From NCBI GenBank assembly GCA_051294905.1, contig CM119371.1, positions 28,956,001 through 29,020,000 on the forward strand: a stretch of 64,000 nucleotides of DNA. The letters are read 5' to 3'. The notes beneath the pieces are model-generated. The model did not search any database, was not told the origin of the DNA, and saw only the letters and a list, made by a program, of their open reading frames with translations. Below are positions 27,401-42,400 of this stretch, piece by piece. Source of the DNA: Botryllus schlosseri. Its lineage: Eukaryota. The stretch's first letter is position 1, and every line of letters begins with the position of its first letter. Position numbers and translations under genes: made by a program.

Positions 27401-30400
27401 TCGAATTGCAGTTCTCGAACAGTTGTGCCCAGCTCTAACAGGGAATTGTTCACGTTAGTTTTCGTTTTAAATAATCAGCTCATGCTCTATGCGTGATATT
27501 AGTTCCACTTTACGTGTTTACTTCGTAAACATGACACGACACTTGCATCAGATTTCATATATGCTCACTAAGTGAGCATATATCTATTGAGTATTGAGAT
27601 AATTCCGTCTACGGATAAAAACATATCAAGTACCCTCACTGATTTGTACAATGATATCGTTCAATTGATTTATGTTGTGTCGAGATTTACAGTGCGTGCG
27701 ACCCTTCGGCAACCCTCGCGTTCCCGCTTTTGTTGACTAAACGCGTGATACATTGTAAGTAAATTGTAAACATGGCGATGATAAAACTGTTGCACGGATC
27801 CACACAGGAATATCGCAGTCGCAAGGAATGTAGAGTTCTGCGTCTCCCATCATAAAATTTAGCACGCTTCAGTTACAGATCTTTAGTATTACCGCAAACA
27901 ACATCTTTACATTGCAAATAGGTAGTTCAAATTCTCAAGAATTAAACGGCATCCTTACACCCATGACGACCTGTGGTAACACCACGGGTATAGTTGTCCA
28001 ATCTCGCGCTAGCTGGGATTTACCAATGATCTCCTCGCAGGCACGGATGTATATAACTTTTGCAGATAATATTCATGGGCCATACTAAACACAAAGTATG
28101 ACTGCATATGATTGAAAATACACCCACTGTGTAGAAATGTGATTTACTAGCTCCGGACTTCGATCGTCAATTATATTGATTGCAATAACAACGTTTCTAA
28201 AGAACTGCAATGACTTCGACACGTCTAATCTTGGAGCAGAATATAGATGCCCCGAGACCCCTCGACCTATTTCTCATTATCACCATGCTCGTTGATATTT
28301 TAACTATACTTGATAACCGTACTACTCGAATACGAACAAAATATAAAGAAATGTATTCATTGCGAGTTATACTGGGCTTTATGGGGGCCCGATTTTTGAC
28401 AACAATAAAATGTTCATTTGTTCAATATTTTTTACGAATCATACTAGTGGCTGTGGTTGCAGCGCTGGCCTTCGTGAGCAAAAGGATAAGGCGTCGGACT
28501 TGTCATCACTACATTAAGGATTCAAGTCACTTCGGGGTCTTATTGTTTTGTACGCAGATGGCGCAAAGTGTTGCCATTACATGGCTGCATTCACGAATGT
28601 TTTTCGCCGTACATCGCAGAATGCTGTTACGACGCAGCTTGTATCTAGGGCTGGGCACAATGATTTGAGTACTCGAATCTGAATCCAGTATTAATTTTAA
28701 TGATTCGATTCGAGTAGTAAAATACGATTTTCTCGAGTGCTGAAATTATACTCTCCTCGCCACTGAAAGCTAATTTATCGACGAGAATTACAGTTTCAAT
28801 ACTAATTTTCACTGTTGAAACCTTGGAGCTTTGATTAGCCGTATCGTAGCATACGAAACATATAGTACAAACCTACGAACGTTACTAGAAATAACACATT
28901 TCCGAAGTCATAATCATCCCACAACATTGTCATCAAGTGCAATGAAATCGGCATGGTCGAAAAAATACCAAGTATCTTTAATGTGATGGATAACAGGAAT
29001 TATAGTCTTTGTGGTCGTATAAAAGGTACATATTTGAAATTCGACATATTACATTATGTTGTGACGTCATAATGGGTGCTACTGGATTACTCGCCTCGCC
29101 GCGAAGCATTTCACGTGATTCAGAATCGAATCACTCAAGTACTCGATTTTGTCCAGCCCTACTTGTATCGGTGCTTGACTCTAGTGTGAGTCTTCTTCAA
29201 TAAATATACGCGAAAATTCACATTGGACACTCGCCAATGTGACATTGCTATGTTAATGGCACATATCTCTTCGAGTGCCCTGATAGATATAAAATCACAT
29301 ATAATTACCAATGTCAATGAACCACGATGATTTAACATTTCTGTATACTTTATAGTGCTTTACGGAGTATGCCAAAGCCAGCCAAGCAAAGAAAATAGCA
29401 GACGATCCGATTTTCCAAGTAAGATTTATCTTCAATATTCGGTGACTGTACTTTTTAGCTACTAAATTATCATTCTACAAACTATATTTCATTTATGAGT
29501 AACGTGTATATAGCAGGGTTGTAATGACTCGAGTCATGACTCGACTCGAGTCAGACTCGAGTCACGAATTTTTGGTGACTCGACTTGACTCGAGTCATTT
29601 TCTTGAAAAGGGAAAATGACTCGACTCGACTCGAGTCAATATTTGGATTGACTCGACTTGTACTCGAGTCATTACGCATGACTCGACCCAAGTCATTGAC
29701 TCGGCATATTTTATATGACTTGAAGATGAAGAAATTTGCGAATCGTACCGGCTAGATCAACGCTATGACGAATTCTGTCGATAACGCTATTTGTCGCCAC
29801 TGCTTTCATTGCAGTCGTCTGATATGCCGCCGTAAAAACAACAGACAATGTCACATATAGTAGCAATGCATTGTACACAATCATCCTGTGATGAAGAGGT
29901 AATGAATCCTCCGCAATCAAAGTACTCGAGACTTTTTAATTATATACAAGCAAACAATCGAAGCAAAGTTCAATTAGAGGCAATGATATACATCAGATGG
30001 TCAAGTATACTTGGAAGAGACTGATAAGCTCATGAGTAGATTTGAAGGCGATGATTCTTTGCATTATTGGGCGACCAGAAATAATGAGTATCCAATACTC
30101 TTCAGTGTGGTTCAAAAATGCTTGTCAATTCCTGTATCTAGTGCACCAGTGGAACGTGTTTCAGTAGATGTGGATTTATTCTAAGGCCATGCCGCTATAA
30201 CATATATGAGGATCTCCACTCCACCTAAGTATTTTTGAATTGTAACTCATCATTGATTTGATCTGCTGTCAGTGAAAACACACAATACACTCCACTCCGT
30301 CCATTTGACGATTTGTTAGGTATGTGCATTGTGCACGTGAGATGAATGGATAATGTTGTGTGATGTTTGTACAATAGGGTTGTTCAAAATTAACTTCAAA

Positions 30401-33400
30401 ATTAACTGGGTGGCTACTTGGTAAAATTGTTATGTTGCATAAAAAACACACTGAATCTGGCCTAAGTTTAAAAAGTAGAATCAATGATATGAAAGGAGAA
30501 AATTTTATATTTGAAAATAAAGGGAGTGTTTTTGTTGAGAAATTATTTCATATAATATAATTAGATGCTAGTAGTAAGCCGACTATTTTTCATATCCAAA
30601 ATATTCCACTCTAATGAATTCGCTTTTTCTTATTGGAATTGAGCCAAATTTGCTATGAATCATATTTTACACGATATAACAATATCATGAGGTTGGCCGG
30701 TAAAATTCGAAAATCTCTATTTGTAGTTAATCCAAAATTTCCTCTCATATTAGTAATGCTCCGGCGGCTATTTCGGGAGCTGAGCAGGCAAGCTGACCCT
30801 ATTTTAGTCAACCACCTGTTAATATGAAAGAAAAACTATACGTCTACATAAACCTGCATCTGTTGATTCTCTATCAGCTGTTATCTAGACGTGAATTCGT
30901 TGGTTCTCTATCAGATAACATATGGAATGAATTCGTTGATTCTCTATAAGCTATAAGCTAATTCAGGATTGAAAACATGAGTTGAACATGACTTCAATAC
31001 TGTGACTTGGACTCGACTCGAGTCATAACACTATGACTCGGACTTGAGCCTTTAAACGATGACTTGGACTCGGACTCGAGTCAGTGATGAATTGAAAATG
31101 ACTCGACTTGACTCGAGTCAAAACCACAAAAGTAAGATTGACTCGTGACTCGGAACAATGTGACTTGGTTACAACCCTGGTATATAGATTGATCTCGAAA
31201 TGGACACTATGCATCGCCATAATATATTCGTGGCGTCACTTGGTTGCCCAAGTTATTTTACTTCCCCGATAATTGTCATTCTGACTTGAACTGTGTCGGA
31301 CAATATCACCATTTGTAAAATATAACGGAACATTACGATAGGGTTGCCATTGCCATACGTCCGGAATTTCCCGGACATGTCCGGAATTTCACTGAAAAAT
31401 CTGCGTCCGGGAGGAATTTTTAAAATTTGCCTAAATGTCCGGAATTTTGAAGGCTTGAAGTAGGCTCAAAGGTTTTTCGTAAATCAACATAAACAATATT
31501 ATTTTCGAGCAGATTTATGCTATTCAAAATTCTTCTTCGCGCCGCACGCGAGTTAATGCAACGTATATTAATATTAATATGGGCAGCAGTCACCACCCTC
31601 AACAAAGAATACAACCAAATTAAATATAAATAACCATCATTTACTGAAATAAGTCTGATCGTAATCACAATTTTAAGCTAACGGTATATTCCTAGAGTTG
31701 GTTAAGGCCGATTGGAGGCTTCAGTCACAGACAGTGATTCCTAATCTTGGGGTCGTTTGCCTTTATCTGGGGATTGCGATGATCTTGGCCGTAATCAGCT
31801 TCCTAGGCCGTCAGTAAGTTTGCGCAAGCTGAATTTTTTAGTATTCAGCATATCAAGCTTTCAGCTTATCAATCTTTGAGCTGGGCCACGGATCATTTTG
31901 TTGGAAATGTTGGAAATGAGGTCACGACCATAAAAGGTTAGAAATCACCGGATGTGCAAACTGCTGGTGCATTTTATAGTAGCCTAATATATGGAGGAGT
32001 CAATAATATTGACAGAATTCATTCATAAAATTTAACAGCCAAATGTATATAGTAAGTGCCCAAGAAGTTACATCGACTACCCTATGGTGGGCCCAAGATT
32101 AGTGCTTTTTTGGGGGCCGAAGGGTGAAGAAAAAATGTTGTTTCGGGCGTGATTAAAACACATACCCAGTTAGCCGCGCCGACCTAACAGTATAGCAGGG
32201 ATGTCAAACACAATCCCGAAAGGCCAGACACGGCCCAACAGACGATTTCATCCAGCCCGTGGACAAATCTATTGCAGACCCTACCAAGTAGCAATCACCA
32301 GAGCTCACGTTACAGATGGCCCGATTACGGAGCTATGCTCCACTCCATTCCTGCATACCAGTGGTTCCCAATCTTTTTTCACCCATGTACAATTTCGAGG
32401 TTTTATGCAGTGCTCGCGTACCACCTACATAAGATAAGCGCGTGGAAGGCGGTCAAAAAATGTTTCCATAAACTGCCTATTAATGATTTCTGTAGTGAAT
32501 TAACTTGGAATTCTTGTGGTAAAATATATTACCACGTAGGCCGTCATTTGTGGGATTGCCCCTACCCACGACGACGACCTTGTCACGGCGACGCCGGCTT
32601 CAAAAAACTCAAAATCAACCCCAACTGAATTAGTAACTCCCTTCGGTCACAAAAAACAGAATCTACTCGTTTACCACGTTGAAGACCTTCGCGGACCACT
32701 AGTGTATACAATCGATGGGCAATGCTTTGCTAGTGTGACGTCATATCGACAGACAATGTGTCACAGCACATTTTTGAATACGCTAGTGGGTGCTAAAGAG
32801 TGTCTGGAATTTGCTTCACAAAATTATGGTAACCCTACATTACGATTATAGTTTCGCAGGCTTTCAACACGAGGCTTCCAGTAAACTCACTATCAATGTG
32901 TTTTGCCAGAAACTGATGTTTGTTGTCCGCGATTGGCAAGGAATAGACGACCACGATTGGGGCTTGGACAAGGCCACGGATGGAAACAACGAAGGGTACT
33001 TGACAGGGGTGCTGTCTTGCACATCAAACAACAAGGAGCTGACAAAGGTCAGGGAACACCTGCATAAAAGTTTCAACGATCTACAATGCTTTTTGTTGCC
33101 CCATCCCGGTTCAAAAGTGGCAGTCACCCGAAAGAATCAACAATTCAAAGGAGAGTTGAAAGGTACATGCTGCTTGGAAGTTTCAAACATTATTCTTTTA
33201 CCCGTAATCCAAATCTTGAAATTAGCCGGATGGTTTGTCAGAGGATCTCAAAGGAATTGACGGTGACAATCCTCAGTTAAACTTAGTTCAGTTAGGTCAG
33301 TTGTTGTTTCCGTACATCAGGGGTGTCAAACATATGGCCCACGGGCCGCACCCGACCCGCCAGGTGATTTCGTCCGGCACACGAAGGAATTCTGAGTAGA

Positions 33401-36400
33401 TTGAAAAATTCATGTATTATCCAGCACAACAAATGTTGAGATTTTTTGTAAGAAATACTTCGATTATATATTCCCTCAGGAACAACATATGACGAGTATG
33501 TTCATAGGCCACATCATAACCCCCGACAGCGGTGTTGTGATTTCTACTCACTATTAGGAGCAAATCACTGACTTTGACACTATTGTTACCATATTTTGAG
33601 ATCCGAAATACAGGAAACTTTTTACAAGACACAAAAGCTATGATCAGACATGGGGTAATCGCGATTAGTAATCGTAATCGATTACGACGATTAAAGCATT
33701 TTCAAGTAATCGTAATCGCAATCGATTACATTCGAAAAAATTCCGAAGTAATCGTAATCGTAATCGACTCCGGTTAACCGTTATCCGGATAATCCAACCC
33801 TAGTAGGCTACGTACACCGAGCAAAGATTTGAAATTTTGTACTCGCCAAATAAAACATTACAATTTCCACAACGAAGCATTAAAAATCAACAGCTGCTGA
33901 TGTATATTAGGGTTGTCCAAAATTTGGAAAATCTCAAGAATGATGGGTATCAATGTCTCATTCTATATATTATTGATAAAAAACCGCAATGAGCCTGGAA
34001 TAAGCTCACAGGAAAGTCGTTAAGATTTGTCGCAAAGCGTTTGAAAGTAGCTACCGACCAGTGGGCGTGCCAGCGACCATAGAACGGCAACAAGACTAGT
34101 ATTCACGAAATCACGGCTCTCGATTGGCTAATCAGCTATGCTTCAGTGATCACGACGGTAGTGGCTTGCTGTTCAGTTGTTAAAGGAGTTTACTAACGGC
34201 GGTGATTCTGTAAGAGCATTGTAGGTTGGTTGGCAGATAATGATTTAAGATTGATCCAGGACATGTTGAGTGACTAGATACATGATGATGAACAAACAAC
34301 AGCTACTTCACACAAACTTAAAGCATGACTGGCTTACTGTGAAGGAAACCGCCGTAGCCTACATGTCTGTTTTGACCGATGGAAAGCACAGAACCTGCGG
34401 AGAAATATTGCAAAGGCGCTTATGCAAGAGGCAAACGAATTTCTTGTCTCAGAAGAGATGCATCATAATTGAATACAAATATAAAGCTTAACAATGACAC
34501 TACTTGGTCTGATCTTATTAGGCTCCAGTCGTGCTGTATAACTCAAGTCTTGAATGCTCTAAGGATTGGCTGAATCAGTTTTATGCTGGGGACTTATTAA
34601 ACTCTTACAGCAAAATGAATTCACTCGTAAGTGTAGTCAAAGTCGTCAATGATGCCGTAGAAAGAGGTGTAGAGGTAAGCACAGACTATGCTGGTATGAC
34701 CAGCAAAAATACAGTACATCTAACATGTCATGAAGGAATCTTGAATCATTACCGGCTGTAACACTACAAATGCTGGAATGTAAAACGAGCTTAAAATGCA
34801 TTGAAGCAGTGCGATAGTTACATTTCTTCGTGGTTCGATTATATAAGCTATCTGGTCGGCCAATATAACATCTTCTGAGCAGATAAGATTTTGTGCGGCA
34901 TCCATCTCACCTATGGTGTGCTGTACCAGTTTGCGATGACTACTATACTCTACTTACGCCCAGTCTGACGTATTTGCAACCATAACTAGGTATTTCTTGG
35001 ATTTATATCTTGTTCTAAAAGAGCACAATCATTCGCCGTTTCACATCTGTCATGCCTGCAATTCTCAAAGGCTAAGTCAAACTATACAATCAAACTGTCT
35101 TTTTAATGGGCATAATAACATAGTCTGTGCTTATACCTTTTAACTCTTTGTGCGGCATCATTGACGACTTTGACAGTCCCCAGCATATACGGCTGATTCA
35201 GCCAATCCTTAGGGCATTCAAGACTTCAAATATACCACGACTGGAACCTTATAAGATCAGACAAAGTATAGTGCCATTGTTAAGTTTTATATTTGTATTC
35301 AATGATGATGCATCCCTTCTAAAACAAGAAATTCGTTCACCACTTGCATAAGCGCCTTTGCAATATTTCTCCGCAAGTTCTGTGCTATCCATCGGCCAAA
35401 ACAGACGTGTGGGATACGTCGGTTTCCTTCACAGTAAGCCAGTCATGCTTTAAGTTTGTGGGAAGTAGCCGCTGTTTGTTCATCATCATGTATCTAGTCA
35501 CTGAACATGTCCTGCATCAATCTTAAATCATTATCTGCCAACCAACCTACAATGCGCTTACAGAATCACCGCCGTTAGTAGACTCCTTTAACAACTGATC
35601 AGCAAGCCACTGCCGACGTGATCATTGAAGCATAGCCGATTAGCCAATCGAGAGTCGTGATTTTGTGACTACTAGTCTTGATTCCGTTCTATGGTCGCTA
35701 GCACGCCCACTCGTCGGTAGCTACTTTTAAACGCTTTGCGACAAATCTTAACGACTTTCCTGTGAGCTTATTCCAGGCTCATTGTTGTTTTTTATCAATA
35801 ATCTATAGAATGAGACATTGATACCCATCATTTTTGAGATTTTCCAAATTTTGGACAACCCTAATGTATATCATAACCGAACCGTTCATTGCCGTTTCAC
35901 GTAACGGCAGCGTGCAGCGTGCAGCAGAAGGCTCATTTTTATTGTCACTTTATCTTATTATCATATGACTCTATAGCCTACTTTAAACGGGCGCCAATCG
36001 TTATTTTGCAATTCTTTACCTGCTGCCAGCCATCCGTTTATATGCCATGATAGTGTCGGTTGTAGCTAGAATAAGGACCAAAACAGCAATTCGTCCCGCA
36101 CTCAGAACGTTGGTTTTGGGCGCCAATAAGGTGATCAATTTTCAAGTTGAAGACTGAATTATCGTCAATAATATTAGTAATTACATTATATTACTATTCA
36201 ATTTTAAGCCTCTCTCAACCCCCCGATAGTCAGATTTACCTGTGGAGCTGTAGTCACGCAATTCATAATTATAACATCTGGTATGTTGTTGTAATTAGTT
36301 TATTGTTAATTCGTGACCTCCGGTCTGTTATATATAACATCAAAAGATATTGAAGTCACGCAAACGTATATGACGAAAAGAAAAACTTTCGTGAGACGCA

Positions 36401-39400
36401 CGGACAAATAATTGCCCTGTCTTTATTCCTCTGTGGGTGGCCCGGGTGGCATTTGTATTGCTGGCTCAAATTCTAAGGATAGGATTATTAGTCACGCACA
36501 CCCAACGCGGCTATTGACAATGGACACATGCTCAAAGTTTTGGCCAAGGTCTTTCTTTAATAATACACTTCTTGGAGTCAAGGTCTTTCTTTAGTAATAC
36601 ACATTTTGGTGGCCAAGGTCTTTCTTTAATAATACACTTCTTGGAGTCAAGGTCTTTCTTTAGTAATACACTTCTTGGAGTCGCATGTTGGCCGAAACTG
36701 CATTTGTCTTTTGGTATGTCGTGACTCGGTAATGACCAGCACCGAAATGCTTATTCCTGTAAATTATGCATGCTTTTTCCATGGGGGTGAGAGGTATGCA
36801 TTTCAAAATCAAGCTATCAAGAGACATTTAAATCACGAAGCCCGAAAAAAATGTTCATGTTATTCAAATCTCACGAAAATACTCTATAATTTATTTTGGT
36901 TTTACTAAATACTTTTGAGTCCCCTTCGAGCGCTCTCACCACCCTATTGGGGAGTTCAGGGTGCGGCAGTTACGGACCTGGCAAGAATGCAAATCGTTGG
37001 ATGCGATAAATCGTCCCTTATCAAGTTGGGCAATGGGTAAATTATGACGTAACAAGCAAATAGCGCATCATTTATTGAGAAAGTTTGTTATCTCATTAGG
37101 CCTTTTCGACGCAGGACGCAATCCTTATATTGTCTTCAATATATCTTGTAAGATTAGTTCTAAGAAGCAAAATAAATGTAATCGTGAGTAATCGTGATTA
37201 CTTTTCCAATGTAATCGTAATCGTAATCGACTACTTCCTGATTTTGCTGTAATCGTAATCACGTGATTCAGAAGTAATCGTAATCGCAATCGATTACATT
37301 CATGAAGTAATCACCCCATGTCTGGCTATGATACCGGACCAGAAACGGTAATTTTACAAAATATTACAGGAAATAATATTGGGTTGTCTAAAAGAAGGTC
37401 ATTTTTCAACTCGATTACTGAATGACCTGCTCCACTGCTCCTACACAATGGATTGACGTTGACCTTTTTGTCAAACCTGTCCTCACTGCCGCTGAAATCC
37501 TGATTTCGCGTCGCGCCTGGCTCTCAAAGCTGTAGAGCAGTGATTCCCAAACGGTGGGGAATAGACGCATTTGTTCGGAATTATATACAGGACAGTCTAC
37601 ATATTCACGGACACACATGGACAATTACCGTTACCAGTTAACTGCTCTGGAATGTATTTGTCGAAAATGATATTGCGTAATGTTCTCTGGATGGCCAGTA
37701 ATGATGGCGTCACAAACGCATCCAGCACGACTAGTTTGACGTGAAATAATGCTTTCGTGAGATTTTGAGCGTTACTGGTATCGGTTCACAATACGTTTTA
37801 TGTTGCAGTTATAGGTGATTGTCTTGCGTACTGGTGTGGTTGTGTGTTTGTTTGTTTGCTTTGGGGTATTCATGGTATTTGTCGACTACTATGGTCATTT
37901 ACACCAGACCGATATTCTTCTTATTATTCCGTATCTGTCAACTTATAGCACTGCCCACCTCTATAGGCTTTTTGTAAGACACCGCTGACGCGGATGATGA
38001 CGAGGTTGTGTGTCTTGTGTAGTCATACCAGCAAATAGCTGCTGTGTGATAACGAAAGTGCTGGGTAGTTGGGAACAGGACCGTAACTGCCGCACCCGAA
38101 ACCCCCCAATGGGAGGGGGGAGCTCGAAGGGGCTAAAATTATTTTGTGAATTAACCTGAATTAAGGTACTTTTTTTCGAAATGTATGCTACATTTTCAAA
38201 AATTTTTATTGCCGAATATCTGATTATTCGGTACCCTTCTCGGTACCCTTCCCGGGGCGAGCTCGAAGGGGCCCGAATTTATTTCGTGAATTAACATAAA
38301 TTAGAGTATATTGTTTTTTAATATATGCCACTCTTCTAAAAAAAATCGTTCTGGGTGGGCGATTTAATATTAACAAATATCTAATTATTGAGTAGCCAAC
38401 CCTTCCCCCCGCGAGTATACGTTTGTATCATTTGCTAGTAAAGCAATACCAATTTGAAATCGTGTGTGCCTTTTCGTTTTGGCGATTTCTATGTCTTTTG
38501 ACATAGCATAATGTAACGAAGTCATTATTCCAAATGGTCCACCCGAAGATGTTTAATTCTTATTTAGGGTTCCTAACTTTTCCAACACACCTCACTCAGC
38601 TCTACCGGTAAATCTGATTACGTGAACAGATAGGGGACAAAGAATTAATAGCAAGATATATGCAATTCCCGATCATACCGACCGATTCAAACACGAATTA
38701 TATAATTATTACGCGCTTCGCGTGTTTAGTCGAAATAAGGCGACGCGCTAAACAGTATGTAGTTGACAAGTTACAGGGAAAAAGCGTACAGGCTCGATCA
38801 GCGGGGCTAAGTGGGTTCTGGGGGCCAAAGACCAACGTTTTTTTCGTGGGGCTAACAAAGTGCTGTTACGGTCCTGGTGGGGAATGAAGGCTCGGAATAA
38901 ATCTGAAGTGGGGAATGAAGACAAAAAGGTTGGGAACCACTGCCATAGAGGAATACAAATTGCCAAAAAGGAGAATATTTAGGCGTACTTGGAGGACATT
39001 CTCGATTTCTTGAAAAAGAAGGAAGTACGGTAACACTAATTGACACCCAATTCTGAGAAGGCAAAAAAGTGCATATTGAGTTCAGAGATTGATGGAAAAG
39101 ATGACCAAATACCATTTATTCACAGAAGCGAAAACACCAGCGCGGAGCCCTTATATGCAGGTTACATGGAGAATAACATAGTTAGGACTACATGAATTGG
39201 TCACACTTCTGACTCAAAAGGTCCCCTACCTCGAGCGAAACCCATATCGCAATCTAATATTAATGAAGCAAATTCCAATTCCGCATTAGCGGTTAAATCT
39301 TTTGTATTCCTCACAACGTATAGGCCTGCGCAGTACGCAGTGTTGACGCCAGCATACCACTTAATCAGAGGGAACATGGAAATATGCAAACTTATATCGT

Positions 39401-42400
39401 CGTTAGAGCTACTGTTTTATTGGTTTGTAACCGTATTCAGCCGCCCAATCACCTTATTATTGCCAATTCTATCGTTAGCGAACAGAGGTAATCGAACCAC
39501 TATGATCCGTAATGTAATGTAAGTACCGTAATATACTATGTAGTGTAAGCTTGATAACATAGTATACAAATGAAAAACAAGGGTACGGGTTTTAAGGTAA
39601 TATTTTGGAATCATTTTACTGGTGCGGCCCTCGAGCGATCGGAAGGTGTGAATCCGGCCCGCGAAGTTGGTTGAGTTTGACAACCCCTGCTGTACAGTAT
39701 TCATGACGTTCCGACATCAACGGTTAGTTTAGATTGGACCAACTTTTATTTATTATGATTCTCCAACAGCTGACACGAGGCACGGCCAAATTTCGTCCTA
39801 CAGGCTTCTTTCAGACATGGTTTATGCGAATTTGATGGCGCTACGGAGCCTAGATAAACCCAGCTCATAATTATGAACATGTTCTTGAGTTAATGTCGGC
39901 CGTACAATAACCTGTCCCCTATCGGCGTTGCAGCAGTGGAACATATTACACCAATACTCTTCGCCACAGGTCCCAGTGAATATACATACCTTTACATAAT
40001 TGGCTTCACGTCTCCATCCGAACTGCCCTCTTCCCCGGCACGTTACGTTGTGTTTCTGTCCATTAGACATGCCCTCTCTATTCACAGATATGCGTTATTG
40101 CTATTGCCGGTCGACATGGATATTCAGACTTTGCGATGATTCACTGATCCATTCCAATATCAAAATCTTTTACAATATTGTAATCTTTTGACATGATTAA
40201 ATGAATAATCGACAAGTCGAATGAAATTATAGGTTATGAAGTGAAAATATTTTCGGCAAGTCATTGTCCCGCGACTGCTAATACTTAAGGCTGCTGCACA
40301 CTGGCTTTGCGACACGACTAAAACAGGTAATTCCCCGATCATGTCGCGCTCACGATCGCGGTAGTTGCGTTCTGCTGCACACTGGGACACCGAGTCGTAA
40401 CGTAGGCCCATCTGTTCTGTACCTACTTAATGATTTCGTAACAGTATAGGTTATTGGTTATTACTATTGAAGAACACATCAAGATACTTCCTACACAACA
40501 CATTGCTGATGCTCGGAATTTTGATAAGGAATATACACCATAATGTCACTAATATATTCTCAAATTCGAAAACTCAGTTTACTATTTCAACTCAAGACGC
40601 AGATGCACAATATACAGTACCCAAGACACAAAGAATATAAACAAGAAGGTGTCTAATCGTTGAAACGCCCTGTCATAGTCCATCAATCAGATATCTTTAT
40701 AATATATAGGCCTACTCTTCTTGGTCTACCGGTACTTTCGTAATGTCAAGCATGTCACTGGCATTGGCGGGCTAGCGGTCATGTTCTCTGTTATTCATCT
40801 TGTATTGTGAACATATAGTAATCTAATTATCAAATATATCTTCATTTCGTTCTTCTATCTTTAAGTTATCAAGTTGAGGTTGAATCATTCTTTTCCTGGG
40901 CTTGTTGGATATCATACAGCGCACTGCGTCAATCCCGCACAGCCTTCACTGTGTAACCCTAGATAAATTACGCATCTGGTACATGAGAATGTTAAATTAG
41001 GAAGTTGAACGATTAAAAAAGATTGCAACAGCACCGTCGAAATAAGAGCGCGTGCTCATGTTGTACTGCGACTGAGCCCGCAACTCGCGACAAAGTTCAA
41101 AATTTTCAACTTTGTCGGTGAGTTGCGCAGCCCACTCGCCGACGCTTTGTTGCGTAGTCTGGCGACGCGGTGTGCATGGTTTTGTCACAGACAGGCGCGA
41201 TTCTCTCGTTTTGTCGTGTCGCGAGAGCCAGTGTGCAGCAGCCTATATATGCAAGATGACAAGGATTAATATGTCGGCTATCATGTGTTTTAGAATTAAA
41301 AGCCGATAACAAATGGAAATTATTATGTGGGTGTCGTCAATACTCGATCTCTATCCGCAGATATCGACGAGGAATTCCTGGAAATGGTTCAAGAACTGGC
41401 TGATATCTTACTAAACCCGAAAAGTATAGTAACAAAGAAAATCAACGGACAAACAATAACTGGTAACTCACTGGTAAATTACGCTATCACGTGCGCTCGA
41501 AGCTTTACCGGCGGCAGTTTACCTAATCCACAAGCCATGCTTCAGGTGAGAAAGATAGGCTGACGCGTTCGCGCACACATCATAAGTATAAGTCTTATAC
41601 GATATGGTATATCCTATATCCGTGGTTCTCAACCTTGTCTTCGCGGACCCCCTTTGGACCGTCACGGACCCCCACGGAACCCCTCCACAGTTTTAGTTAA
41701 AATTTAGCTCAATTTTCGTGCAACCGTGTAAATATTAACTGTAGGCTGCTGATGAACAGCAACAAAATGAATTTTCTTGAAACTAACATATTATTTACGC
41801 AGAAATAAGGAAGGCTTTTAGTTGGTCAGAGCGAATTCTGTAGCTGCATTTCTTGATACACGCAGTCGTGTCCGCGCCGTCGATTTGCTATGAAGGAGTG
41901 TCCACAAAGATAGTTATATGATCGATTAGGTTTGGGTATGATAGCAGCATATATGGCACCGAAATTGAGAAACGGAGTTGAACATATAGCGTTCAGCCTA
42001 TAGTCATTTCTGTGTAGTAGATCATCATGAAGTTTTTCTGGAATAGCTGTTTATCACACGAGAAAATGGAATTTTGAAAACATTGTTTATTTGAAAACAC
42101 CAACAGAACATCTCCAAACTGTAATATTTTTGTATCTCAGTGGGTTATTGACAATTTGACAATTTAAAAGACTTTGTGCAGTAGACTATTTCATCTCAAA
42201 CGGCCGTTCTGTTGATATCAGTTCTTAAGTTTTAGCAGTTATGAAGAGAAACTGCTTCGAGATTTCTCCAATTTTTTTAAAAAAATAATACAAATCGGGT
42301 TATCTACTATTTTTCAAATTTGGAGACTTCACGGACCCACGATTGAGAACCACTGTCCTATACTATATACGAGGTGTCCGTAAAATTTTGTATGCAGTGT

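Larger units (their letters stand above)
33645..37324. mobile_element. hAT-type element, GTAATC-repeat family
   Basis: TIR cagacatggggt...accccatgtctg; perfect TSD gctatgat; (GTAATC)n subterminal arrays. Confidence 0.9.
33318..39689. mobile_element. Buster/Charlie-like element expanded by nested insertions (ATL intron 6)
   Basis: TIR caggggtgtcaaac...gtttgacaacccctg; both ends homologous to 2107-3399; TSD ccgtacat/ctgtacag (6/8). Confidence 0.7.

Noticed and set aside
28210..28668. 152-aa hydrophobic ORF that might supply a TM segment
   Set aside because: Lies in intron 4 upstream of the stalk, runs into a MITE, shows no homology, and exons 4 and 5 join cleanly without it.
36545..36681. Regular ~34-bp repeats resembling a CRISPR array
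   Set aside because: Head-to-tail units without unique spacers, eukaryotic context, no cas genes; this is a minisatellite.
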